A stretch of DNA of 63,960 bases, filler included, from Salisapilia sapeloensis CBS 127946 (GCA_023334545.1; 11 parts of 11 records of this genome joined end to end with filler, not necessarily neighbours in it), one strand, 5' to 3'; shown: positions 54,901 through 63,817, counted from the first letter of the whole stretch. Program-made: numbers and translations. The notes: generated by a model not told the origin, from the sequence alone.

Positions 54901-57900
54901 CGCTCAGGATTGTCCGTCCTGCGCTGTCGATAAGGTAGAGATGGAGAAAGATAACATCATCACGCTCGTCGAAGACGACGATGCAGAGCCGCTGAAGTGG
55001 ATGAACAAGTGTTTGGAACCCGCAATCCCGCCTCTTGCTTCCCAAGTTACCGCGTCTACGACACGAGGAGCAATGGTCGAATTTGCACAGCGGCAGTTGG
55101 CTCTTGTGGAGCGCTTTCAAAGCTGGATGGAGAGAGAGAAGGACATTTGGTCGCGTGCGCTGTTCCGCCCTCAAGCCGTTCCGATCTTTGGCATCCGGCA
55201 AGGGAAGAAGAACAAGATGAGCGAGAAGCTCGAGTCGTTCGAGCTGAAAGACTTTCCTTCGGCCCCAGGCGGTCGTGGCCTCGAGCTATATGAGGCGACA
55301 CAAGCAAACTTTGACGCGGTGACTTCGAGCAAATCCAAGCAAGTAATCGTGTTTGGTATCATGTACACGCTCGGCATCCTGTCCGACCCGAAGAGCTATC
55401 CGAAGAACGAGAAGTCTAAAAAGAAGCGACAGACACAGTCGCAAGCATTTGCTCAGCTGGATAAATGGATAACGACTCAGCAGAATAAGCACGGGTACGA
55501 CGCGATGTTCACGTCGAGCAGAAAGATGGCGAAAGACACTGTATTCAAACACGTCGGGAAGCTAATGCTGTGGGAGCCATTCACAGCGGTTCCGACCCAC
55601 GAGATGGAGTTGACGGGGGAGAATTACGATGCGATTCGACGCTGCCTATCCACCGAATCTTGCTGGAAGGAGGGTCATGAGCACGTTAAATTCAGTCGCG
55701 CATGGAAAGACAAAGAAACTTCTGGTGTGTCCGAATCTGCCGCTTCGAGCGAGGAATGGCGAAAGGTTGATGAACTACTGAGTACCTCGTTTGCGTGGGC
55801 GGATGGACTGGAGCTGGAACACCCTTGGAAGGGAAGTTCACTGTGCTGTGGCGAGCACACCTTGCCCGACCAAGTGAAGCGTAGACTCCAGAACAACCTT
55901 CATTTCATTCGAGACGCGCCCCATGCAGCGCCGAAAATTGACACGTCCAAGCGTCCTGGACCGTTTTCAGGCATCAAGCATCTTCAAAACGTGGTAGAGA
56001 ACCATCCGTTTGATGAAGCGCAGCTCTTCATGGCTCTTGAGCTACTCCACGTTTCAAGCTCGAATAGTACGTCCGACGTGGAAACATGTCTCAAAGAGTA
56101 CGTGGACCTGATGCAGTCCCAAAGACGCCCGTGCCACCCTCTCTTCGTGGTCGCAGCCGCTCGGACTGGTGCATGCTTGAACCCCACAGCGTCAGACTCT
56201 ACGGACCTACTAGCGCTTTTCCGTGTGCTGTATCCGGACGCGAGCGACATGTGGCTCGATCCAAAGGAGGGCGTGGCCCCTCTTTCTCCTGCATCCAACG
56301 TGTCGGCATCGAGAACGTTGGCTGGGTCCTCCGACGATATCCAGCAAGCGTGGTTGTTGCTGCAGCAGGAGTCTAGCATTCGATCCGATGCGATGGACGA
56401 GCTGCTAAAGATGGTCGGTTTGCGGAAAGTGAAACTCGCTGCGATCGAAATGTTCAAGAGCGCACTGCAGTTCCAAAAGATGACGGCAAAGCAGCAACAG
56501 AAGAATGTAATTTCCCATAACTACTGCTTCAGTGGAAATCCCGGTACTGGGAAGTCGGTCTCGGCTAAGCTCTTTGCTCAGATCCTGCACGACTCGGGGA
56601 CACGAAGAAAGAGCACTGCCGAGCTGTGCACCGCACAAGAGCTCAAGGACGGATCTTCGTCCGATTTTCGGAAAAAGGTGCAGAAAGCCATGGGCGGCGT
56701 GCTCTTCATCGACGAGTGCTACGAGCTAGACCCAGCGGCCGACGCAAAAGGCAAGCCGATCGTGGCGGAGCTGCTCACTGCCGCAGAGGATCATCGGGGA
56801 GACTTATCCATCATCCTCGCCGGGTACCAAGACGACATTCATGAGAAGCTGTACAAGTACAACGACGGCTTTGCAAGTCGCTTTGAAGAAGTCTACTTCG
56901 AGGACTTTGAGGAGTCAGAGCTGCGAGCGATATGGGATAGGCTGCTGCGAGAGCGAGAGTGGGCGGCCGAGGATATCTGCGGTCGCGTAGCTTGCCGACG
57001 CCTTGCTCGTGCCAGCGGACGAAAAGGCTTCGGGAACGCCCGTGAAGTTCGCAAGGTGTTCGAACGCGTCACCCAGCGAGCGATGAATCGGAGAGACTTT
57101 GACGGGTCGCTTGAGATCCGGCCGGTGGATATTCTTGGTGAGCGGCCGACTGAAAACCCGAAGTTGGCAGAGCTCCAGAAAGAGCTCGAGGGCAAGGTCG
57201 GCTGGAAGCGCATCAAGGCAGCTGTGCAGGAATTAATTGACGTGTGCGACGCCAACTACGAGCGGGAGCTGAAAGGGCAAGACACGGCCCCGGTGTTCTT
57301 GAGCCGCTTGCTTCTAGGCGCGCCGGGGACGGGCAAAACGACATTTGCCAGCATCTTTGGTCGGCTCCTTAGATATCTAAACTTCTTATCAAACGGCGAC
57401 GTCGTGATGAAAGCCGCGAGCGACTTTGTCGGGCAGTACATAGGCCAGTCGCAAACGAAAACGAACGATATTTTGAAGCTTGCGAAGGGCAAGGTACTGG
57501 TGATCGATGAAGCGTACGCTCTAAACGACAACCACTTTGGGAAGCAAGTGCTGGACGTACTTGTGGAAAAGGTGCAGGGAACAGAGAGCGACGACATAGC
57601 GGTCCTGCTACTTGGCTATGAAGAGAACATGCTGGAGATGCTGCGCACGCAGAACCCTGGACTTGCGCGTCGTTTTCCGAAGGAGTACGCGCTCTACTTT
57701 GATGACTACTCGGAGCACGAGCTGCTCGAAATCTTCCAGAAGCAGTGCGCAACGAAGCATGTTGCATGTCCTTGGAAAGTGTCCGAAATCGTGCTTCAGC
57801 GTCTGGCGATGCAGAAGAGACAAAAGCACTTTGGAAACGCTGGTGCTGTTCTAGCACTTCTTCACAATGCCATTGCAAAGGCCACGACTCGGACGGCGCC

Positions 57901-59227
57901 TGGTGAGTCGATTGTACTGACGGAAGAAGACGTCGAGAGCGACATGCACCGACGTGCACTTGACAGAGCGCCAGCCGGTAGGCGTCAGGATGGAAACTCA
58001 GATCCGCTGGCAGCACTGGATAAGCTTTATCGTGTCGACAACGTCAAGAAGGAACTAGTTCGCCTGAAAGCGTTGCTAGAGGTGGCGCAACGGGAAGGGT
58101 CGGAGGCTCCGAGCATTGGACACTTTGTCTTCCGCGGCGCACCAGGCACTGGTAAGACGACTGTCGCTCGCACGATGGCGCAGATTTTGCATGCGATGGG
58201 CGTCATCGCCACCGACAAGTTCGTAGAAACCTCTGGCTTGAATCTAACGGGAGAGTACGTCGGACAGACGAAGAAGAAGGTGGAGGAGCAGCTGGAGCAG
58301 GCGTGCGGCGGTCTGCTCTTCATTGACGAGGCGTACGAAGCTGGGAAGGGGCATTTCGGAGAGGAGGCGATGACATCGCTCTTGGCGGCAATGACCAATC
58401 CAAAGTACAGCGGGCTTGTCATCATTATCGCGGGTTACAGTCAAGAGCTGGATGAGATGCTGGATCGCAATGCCGGACTTAAGAGCCGCTTTACGCGCTT
58501 CTTGGACTTTCAGGATTGGGAGGTGGACGACTGTATTCAGTTCACCATTGAAAAGGCAAAGAAAGAGGACTTTGAGCTGGCACCAGACGCGATCGGATCG
58601 CTCTCGCAGACGTTCAGGGAACTTCGTCAGCTGCCTGGATTTGGAAACGGACGAGATGTCATAAAGGTATGGGAGGGCATGGTCGAGTATCGAGCTCAGC
58701 GTGTTCTGGGTAAGCCAGAGCTAGTTCGACAGCTGACAATGGAGGATGCCGATGCTGCAGGTCACCGGGTCGTTGAAAGCCGCATGCCACCGACCTTTAC
58801 AAAGCGGATGCAAAAGAACCCCCCGCCAGACCTTCCAGTAGCAATTGGTGCGGACTTTTCGAATGCGCCGCGACGATCTACAGACACTGCAAAATGTGGG
58901 ATCGAGGAGAAGCAGGAGCACAGCTTTATGTCCGACACGGACCATCGAGACCCCGGCGTCTCAGACGAAGTATGGGAAGAAGTGGCTGAAGCCAAAGCCG
59001 CATTTCAGAAATTAACGGAGGATGCTGAACGTTGTGCGGATCCGAAGAAAAAGGAAGACGCAAAAAAGAAGTTGAAAGACTTTCAAGCAGTGCAGAAGAA
59101 GTTGCGGCAGCTGGGCAAATGCCCTGTTGGCTTTGCGTGGCTAAAAGTTGCATGTGGGTGGCGGTGTGCTGGTGGCTCTCACGCGGTTACCGATGAACAA
59201 CTGGAGAAGCTCTTTACGGCAGGATAA
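48986..59227 (+). CDS. ZNFX1-like SF1 RNA helicase / NF-X1 zinc fingers / RZ-like finger / three CbbX-SpoVK-type AAA+ domains (>3409 aa, 5' truncated)
   Basis: Helicase motifs GPPGAGKS (50006), SYKNHAID, EEASE (52244), IGDHYQL, SLFERL, LTPYKGQ, TVDRFQG, SRAR (53054). Many CGH-type fingers 53231..54840. Walker A GNPGTGKS (56534), GAPGTGKT (57317), GAPGTGKT (58136), each with IDE Walker B. Frame open to the contig edge. Confidence 0.93.
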   Translation, partial: LWVGMTFVDGNNALLPQCFAKDTSGKVCGQPLWPAKSNNARGSASSSCRERECSRPAEFVCCNRFHDRGLCRGCGKTSQERLRGPPSKHASTHIYDAQVANFHHNGTLFLKDFQSRRPPERDIHWGTTKRLSCPNLVGVVVLAKRGGALRLTDEIYWGKVALHGESRHEARKRQEGCLVIEFLEYDTSGSENPIMSRGMEAGSSVAIIDCQTFTPEFVPVLKALERQRSMPTPFENGSLVNINASIQCDVGQVGNMDDDDAYAPDTQADAYYLADETIMNSVDNILGDSKLDPIVQIRRHRHVCRDLKAELISLLVDSTLDPGQLQSLEKALIHPVHCTLGPPGAGKSYLGVVTVRALLLIRKYWQRVFPSIGQPPILVLSYKNHAIDEFLLDLVKSDPFLGYQTAQQGNRYTRQGGFKPLVRIGGGCSEPKLAPYGEYNLRSSMHSVVRIEKEIEECLQALDATSVVQGDILSIFEARLVIQDQAKADGKAQNKEDRGILFEAAMSLARCITAVHEIKRLRHSSHVANMGDNTQDHDFYAKGGGSSDDSEEEEEETGSDTDVELGNKLRDFVYSLNALSGSGVSSVPLNVNVLSSLHVAIKHYGPVASHPIELLYRWMTGFKPNPPCEFSQDKCSEVATAGGCYCQLHRCNYEVQDVGQCTNEVVFEGVAFCVLHKCSDTDCAEPRLFEGQKYCMEHTCYICLEQGAALPNKAAEAPPRNTCEEHPLCWYSGASGVCSNLATTTSDCCEFHKPVCCKGMTRKGKPCKLDAWKDGNGYCQAHKKQGANSERASKAAVASGPKPSAPSYQSVLEQKQCSALNRKGKPCKGTALPGLPFCVDHRSQSSAQTNTSSFTASVFSSVGQALGGQEMMQTTAQDSTEEGLEEKAPASAVGDDGQDLASKPAASNNDDEASSKDVDEVGSHSFTSSDSFVDAIDADADVLDDEIEESEHLQHLREVGDVNTVDRMEEEIVDEDDEMEKLSPLDTADMDGEGELIDTTEWQWSFSFEKRWGCILALLREWRVLEQDLRTDVRDLISVKKVKLQNEKVKAKAQVFEGKAVIGGTMTGCVSRLEAVRATKPFCIIVEEASEVLEPLLFSCLSPTTCKLEMIGDHYQLQPQVMSRFDFEKVNKISISLFERLIRAPPEHQVPYDTLSVQRRMRRDICDLTRELYTDIVEIEDHEQCQRKTIDWKSTSGLDAWSMKISQMSQRPLDIVEGKGREVPGVAPHLFFWKHTGSQERAQVGLSRVNPREADMVVNLAQYLVQCGVPHESIAILTPYKGQLMLLRKQIMSTKSFVKSIKIGRGAERKTVPKCVLSTVDRFQGDEADITLISLVIDGKSRTPFVKLRNRMIVLLSRARIGMFIVGNADYFDQVSHWQQTIDRLSQSAPSDSLPALNASCEMYDGARIGSELPLCCPVHRSSKKEAKAASDLKLGFCQVECTESLKCGHECGKKCHYPDVSTHKSTCDVEMEVPCIRHVQKKQCHKVCCATGETTFKAALRKYECDVKVNIQLPCLHEKAVTCGEETKILNESLAPPKCMERAFTPYVYPDCLHSLDCSCVEYYSYKDGNVPHCTKKTDFTPPCGHTISVNCYRRKSLVANPETFVCSQTVWMELPRCGHQACVSCPQAQALVRWSGRGLEEADVVREGEVYGEMDYPCTAKVSFVRRCGHREEMVCERAFANALASSTCQEKKAFRNPECGHIFHTTCSMITKLVQKAAQNLGAYGQTPRTTAVIRVKEGTEDAEFRNFKLNVQCKATVTVERSCGHVQEKQCQDARHIKDNCTEKVITERPTCRHKVVLPCSDAILLTTWHPWDIATDAATVDLFRGSSVLLDTLSPPDEVSPVSLPECTQSVTLRRAKTCGHDVRMKCCDALRSLQGQEDTESARCNATVVKKLSCGHEMTATCCTNVSKTKCKEKVEKPCWNSAKCGQNVSVQCFASSIGAVQCDSKTDWTCAAGHTFQVAECQLGVAQDCPSCAVDKVEMEKDNIITLVEDDDAEPLKWMNKCLEPAIPPLASQVTASTTRGAMVEFAQRQLALVERFQSWMEREKDIWSRALFRPQAVPIFGIRQGKKNKMSEKLESFELKDFPSAPGGRGLELYEATQANFDAVTSSKSKQVIVFGIMYTLGILSDPKSYPKNEKSKKKRQTQSQAFAQLDKWITTQQNKHGYDAMFTSSRKMAKDTVFKHVGKLMLWEPFTAVPTHEMELTGENYDAIRRCLSTESCWKEGHEHVKFSRAWKDKETSGVSESAASSEEWRKVDELLSTSFAWADGLELEHPWKGSSLCCGEHTLPDQVKRRLQNNLHFIRDAPHAAPKIDTSKRPGPFSGIKHLQNVVENHPFDEAQLFMALELLHVSSSNSTSDVETCLKEYVDLMQSQRRPCHPLFVVAAARTGACLNPTASDSTDLLALFRVLYPDASDMWLDPKEGVAPLSPASNVSASRTLAGSSDDIQQAWLLLQQESSIRSDAMDELLKMVGLRKVKLAAIEMFKSALQFQKMTAKQQQKNVISHNYCFSGNPGTGKSVSAKLFAQILHDSGTRRKSTAELCTAQELKDGSSSDFRKKVQKAMGGVLFIDECYELDPAADAKGKPIVAELLTAAEDHRGDLSIILAGYQDDIHEKLYKYNDGFASRFEEVYFEDFEESELRAIWDRLLREREWAAEDICGRVACRRLARASGRKGFGNAREVRKVFERVTQRAMNRRDFDGSLEIRPVDILGERPTENPKLAELQKELEGKVGWKRIKAAVQELIDVCDANYERELKGQDTAPVFLSRLLLGAPGTGKTTFASIFGRLLRYLNFLSNGDVVMKAASDFVGQYIGQSQTKTNDILKLAKGKVLVIDEAYALNDNHFGKQVLDVLVEKVQGTESDDIAVLLLGYEENMLEMLRTQNPGLARRFPKEYALYFDDYSEHELLEIFQKQCATKHVACPWKVSEIVLQRLAMQKRQKHFGNAGAVLALLHNAIAKATTRTAPGESIVLTEEDVESDMHRRALDRAPAGRRQDGNSDPLAALDKLYRVDNVKKELVRLKALLEVAQREGSEAPSIGHFVFRGAPGTGKTTVARTMAQILHAMGVIATDKFVETSGLNLTGEYVGQTKKKVEEQLEQACGGLLFIDEAYEAGKGHFGEEAMTSLLAAMTNPKYSGLVIIIAGYSQELDEMLDRNAGLKSRFTRFLDFQDWEVDDCIQFTIEKAKKEDFELAPDAIGSLSQTFRELRQLPGFGNGRDVIKVWEGMVEYRAQRVLGKPELVRQLTMEDADAAGHRVVESRMPPTFTKRMQKNPPPDLPVAIGADFSNAPRRSTDTAKCGIEEKQEHSFMSDTDHRDPGVSDEVWEEVAEAKAAFQKLTEDAERCADPKKKEDAKKKLKDFQAVQKKLRQLGKCPVGFAWLKVACGWRCAGGSHAVTDEQLEKLFTAG

Positions 59228-60579
59228 CATGAAAACTCGTATTAAACTTTGCTTAAGAACTTGTTGCCTGATCTTTTTGCATGCACGCAAGCGTACCTTG
59301 GTCCCTATACTGGGCGCAAGCGATCTTGTCTTTCATTTTCTTGTTTATGACGCTAATTTACAACTACGAAGAGATCGATTATTAAACAGTGACTAGCTTG
59401 AATAGATAAGGATATGCGATGTCTGCAGAAGGGATATGCTTCAAAAAGTTAACAAGCATATCTTGACTATGGAATATTCATAATGCTGAAGAAGTATAAT
59501 GTTTGGTGAAGTTGGCTGCGCTGTTGAGATGTCAATTTAGAATAGTTTTTGGTAGAGCAGGATATTTGTTTTTCAAGCAATTTCACATATTCGATGCATC
59601 CCACAACAATGAACTCTGAAATGTTCAGCGATTTGATAAATGCGTCGTCGTAAATTCTCGTGTGGATGAAGTAGCATATAGGAAGCAACTCATGGCTTTC
59701 TATTTTAGCACTATAGCAATTAAGTGCAGTTCTTTCGACTAGTAAGGAAATCTCAAATACTCGATTGTTTGCTTCTACCCATATTATGGATAAGATCTCT
59801 TCGAATTGAAACTGTTCATAGCTGGACTGCATCATCAACAAAATTGCTTAGAGGCGTGAGGAATGAAGATGAATTGAGCTACAAGAGTCTACCCAGATAA
59901 GATGAATGTTTTTCAAACCGGTATCTATGCATTTGCTTAAGCGAATAAATGTAGTGATCGCTGACTTCCCATCTATTTAATCTGCCCACCCATGTTAATA
60001 CTATCGATATTTTCGGTCGTGATGCATGAGTGTTATTGAGGCCTTTATTACAAAAATGATCTCCAGGAGCATATAATTGGAAACATGACCGTGTGCAGGT
60101 AATCTTCGTGTGCCTTGATGTATATACGACTATTTCAAATAGAATAGATCACACGCAAACAATGAGCACAGAGGCCGTAGGAACTCCACTTGAAAATCAC
60201 CTTCTAATTTTTAAGCTTTAGTTTCACACTGCATTTGCTGATGAAGATCATTGGTAGAGCAGTGGCACGAAGCGTGGTAAAATTACGCAAGACCAAAGAG
60301 CACACGACTAATAGGGGGATCAAAGTATTCGAAATGTTTCCGATAACTCTGAAATCTAGGCACCTATAAATTTAGCTTTCCTATCCTATATCTCGTTTTC
60401 CGATTTCAAAATATCGAGTACCTCCAGAGGTATCCGATATCTAAATATTGGAATCGGATAAGTTTCAAGGACGAAACCATTTCTGTTTTAGCTTGTGTTG
60501 CCTGAAACAGTTAGCAACGCGTTCGAAGAAACGGCGTGAGAAGTACTAAAAGGAGCATTACACAAGGAGCGCTCCGGAA

Positions 60580-61295
60580 ATGGATGAGGAATGGCAAGCT
60601 GAAGATGCTACAGGTATGTCGGACGAAAACGTCGCTGTCGTATCGAAAACTTACCTGGCTACCGGTGACTACCTATTTCTCGTGACGTGGTTGGAGAACG
60701 AAACAAACTTTGAAAAGATTTATGGCGCCTCACGTACAACAGGAGTAGGCAAAGGTTATAAGAAAACAAAGATGGCTGGTTACGTAGAGATGGCTTCACA
60801 TCTCTACAAGTTTTCGAAGAACGAAAGCTTTCGATGATTGTCGGCTAAAAGCATGCAGCAGAGATGGGAACACTACGTAATGCGCTTCAAGAAAATTTAC
60901 AAAGTAGGACACAAACCGACCTTGGTTTATCTAAAACCGACATTAAAAAGGAGCGTCTATTACCCCAAAACTTAAGCAGCTATGCCCCCAGTTCAACCGA
61001 ATGGTTTGTATGTTCGGAAATCGGCCGAACGTAAGTCCACCCTCGAATTTACAACTTGGCCTTCCCGAAGGAGTTGCGGCTGGTGGTATTGTCACTTCGG
61101 CAAATGATATCACAGTCAAAAGCGTCGAATATCCATCAAGATGAGCTCGAAAGATTAAGTGAAGACCAATACAATGATGAAGTCGCTCCATGCGTATATC
61201 AAAGCAAGGAAAATGAAGAAGATGATGCTTTCTCAACTATGCGCACGGAAACACCGAAAAATTCGAGCTCGTCTGTCTTCGACGTAGATGTTTGA
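60580..61295 (+). pseudogene. Decayed Myb/SANT-like gene (possibly transposon-associated)
   Basis: LVTWLENETNFEKIYG...MASHL...*LSAKSMQQRWEHY.../TDLGLS.../KLKQLCPQFNRMVCMFGNRPNVSPP. One in-frame TGA (60835..60837) and at least two frameshifts are needed to join these blocks, which I recall from an oomycete multicopy family. Confidence 0.55.
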
Positions 61296-61707
61296 TCTAT
61301 GAATTGGGTATGTAGATTAGTTTCTCGTAGAAACGTGGGCTGGTTGAGATAGCTACGAAAGTGTGGAGATCGGTTGTTTTAAGATCCCACAAGCTTTCAA
61401 GTATCGCAGGTCGTCACTTTCCGATTTACTTTTATGCATGCTTAAAAAGGAGTAATATTTCCTCTGGTCGAGCTTTGGGTGTAACAACTAACTCGACCTC
61501 CTTAGTACACAATCACTTTTTCTTTTCTTATCTACGCCAGAGTTGAGCCACAGAAAGATACAAATTGACAAACATACCAAGTATACACAACTTTTTTCGA
61601 TGCTAGTACAGAAACCAACATTATCGACTGAAAACTACTATGTGTATAATATGTCCATGTACTCGCACTTCTTCTCTTCGTGTATTGGATCATCAGTTAT
61701 AGGAAAA

Positions 61708-62856
61708 TTAATCTTTCTTCACTACTGCTGGCTTCTCTTGGTACATTGTCACATTTTTACCGAGTGACAAGCCGTAGCGACTATTGTACTGTTCAAGCGT
61801 CTGAATGTCTTCATCTGCTCGACAAAAGTAGAGCTCTCTTTCGATGTGGTACATGAGGTGCGGTCGAATGTAGTGGAAGGCGACAGAGTCCGGCGCACAG
61901 CATTCTTCCTTGTTGCGAATTCCGCCAAGGTTTTGATGGTATAGTATCGACCATGGAGCCATCTTGTCTGGACTGAGCCAGTACATGTTATGCGGTTTAT
62001 CCCAGTGCCAGCGTTCCCTCCCTTTGTAGTCTCTCGTGTCCCACGGGTAGACGCTTTCCCACATCATACAGAACGAGATGGAGGTATCTTCCGGAAGCGT
62101 GCGGCCCATCGTGTTGGAAAGACAGGTATTGCCGTTCATGCGCTCAACAAAGCGGGTCAAGTAGAGCTTGTTCATGGCATATCCGGGTCCACCCGAGTTA
62201 AATACCCATCGATCCCATCGTGACACAAACTCTTCCTTAAGCTTTGGATCCACAATAAACTTTTCCACTTTCGCTTGCGTCAAGTTGAACCGATGCCCGA
62301 CTTGGATCGGCTCCGTCTTGTGTCGCATGACCATCTCTGGGCGACGAACGTACGCACGAACGTTGTCGACAATGACATATGCATCATCATCTGCCTTGTA
62401 GAACCAGTCGTAGTCATTTCGATAATGGTCATATACGTACTGGAGACTAACTTTTGTCTTTAGCCAGAGATGTTTGTGGTCAGATGGAACTTCAAAGCCT
62501 ATGACAGGGAAAGACAAGCTCCCAACGTCGATCGTACCGCTCACGTTGCTGAAAAACACGAGCTTATCACAGCGCTGGCCCCACGTTTCAGCAACCGACC
62601 GAGCTTTCGTCTCATGATACACCGATATTGTGTTCACGAAGCAAAAGAGGCGAGGGTAGATGCCAGTCTGCGAGCCGTTCTTGTACGGCCCTTTGTCCAC
62701 ATCGATAAGGCGCAGAGCTGGCCGAGATTGCTCGAGATCCTTAGCACACAAAGTCTTTCGGCTCCACCGAGCGGAGGCGTTTTGGTTTTTAGGCTTGAAT
62801 GTCGCCGTATCACTGACTGCATCGGTAGTGGCAAGATAGACGAAGCTCACAAGTAC
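61708..62856 (-). CDS. GT31 beta-1,3-galactosyltransferase, C1GALT1-like (5' truncated)
   Basis: RLFCFVNT, TWGQRCDKLVFFS, LWLKTK, YDWFYKADDDAY (DxD), FNSGGPGY, EDTSISFC, AFHYI. Confidence 0.92.
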   Translation of the reverse strand, partial: VLVSFVYLATTDAVSDTATFKPKNQNASARWSRKTLCAKDLEQSRPALRLIDVDKGPYKNGSQTGIYPRLFCFVNTISVYHETKARSVAETWGQRCDKLVFFSNVSGTIDVGSLSFPVIGFEVPSDHKHLWLKTKVSLQYVYDHYRNDYDWFYKADDDAYVIVDNVRAYVRRPEMVMRHKTEPIQVGHRFNLTQAKVEKFIVDPKLKEEFVSRWDRWVFNSGGPGYAMNKLYLTRFVERMNGNTCLSNTMGRTLPEDTSISFCMMWESVYPWDTRDYKGRERWHWDKPHNMYWLSPDKMAPWSILYHQNLGGIRNKEECCAPDSVAFHYIRPHLMYHIERELYFCRADEDIQTLEQYNSRYGLSLGKNVTMYQEKPAVVKKD

Positions 62857-62858
62857 CA

Positions 62859-62958
62859 NNNNNNNNNNNNNNNNNNNNNNNNNNNNNNNNNNNNNNNNNN
62901 NNTTAATTAATTAANNNNNNNNNNNNNNNNNNNNNNNNNNNNNNNNNNNNNNNNNNNN
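62859..62958. other. Artificial contig linker
   Basis: 44N-TTAATTAATTAA-44N. Confidence 0.99.
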
Positions 62959-63817
62959 GCCCGTGACTTTTTGCAGCAGCTATAGACTTGTAATCATGTT
63001 GTAGTAAATTGCATGGATGTATACAGGCCTTATAGTGTATATAGCTTATTTAAGCTCTGGGCGCGGTACAAGCAGAGAAAAATATACTATTAGCATTTGG
63101 GATTGACGTTTGTAAAATAGCTACACATACAACTTATTATAAACCTCTTTGTGTTAGATATAGAAATGTTATATGACACTCAATTAGATGCACGAGCAAC
63201 TATTTCTTTAACTGTGTATACACTTTTTATAAGGTTTATATGAAATGAAAAAGAAATCACCTGCATCAATTAAGTGTATCCCTTTTCATTTCTATACAAA
63301 GTGCAGATTCTGTCATCGTTTATTGGGTATGTCTCTAAAGCGAGATTATTGTCGGGCGCAATGTGATTGATTTTATACGCAAACACTTTAGAAGGCTGTA
63401 CAGATCCTTCTCATAAAAAGAGGTTTGACTGTACCACTTGTGGAAAAGTCGTCCGCACGACCTTATGTCCAATCATTTGGAGCCTGTACGGCTGATTACG
63501 TAAATGTATGCTATACTTTAATCAAGTCATAAAGATAAACCTCTTCTAAATGATATGACTCATGGATGCATTTAGTATCATATATAGAAGAGTATAGTTT
63601 TTCTAAGGTGTCATTTGTCACAACTTTATATAAATATACTATATCGGTGGGTTGACTGTTTATCATATGTGAAAGGATATCTATTTTTTCAGGGTTTAGT
63701 TATGACAGGTTCGGCTGTATACGGTCAGTTCGCAATCTGGGGGGTGATTCACTAATCGGCTTACGTATCGACCTTCAGGAGAGAAGAGGAACAGATACTT
63801 TAAAGAGCTACATCTGA

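Noticed and set aside
49005-59153. Dozens of short alternative-frame and antisense ORFs inside the giant helicase gene
   Set aside because: Expected from GC-rich codon usage; none shows a recognisable motif.
7026-62958. Ten evenly structured TTAATTAATTAA palindromes flanked by N runs, superficially like a repeat array or TTAA transposon sites
   Set aside because: Identical 44N-12-44N structure with stops in all six frames marks an artificial concatenation linker, not biology.
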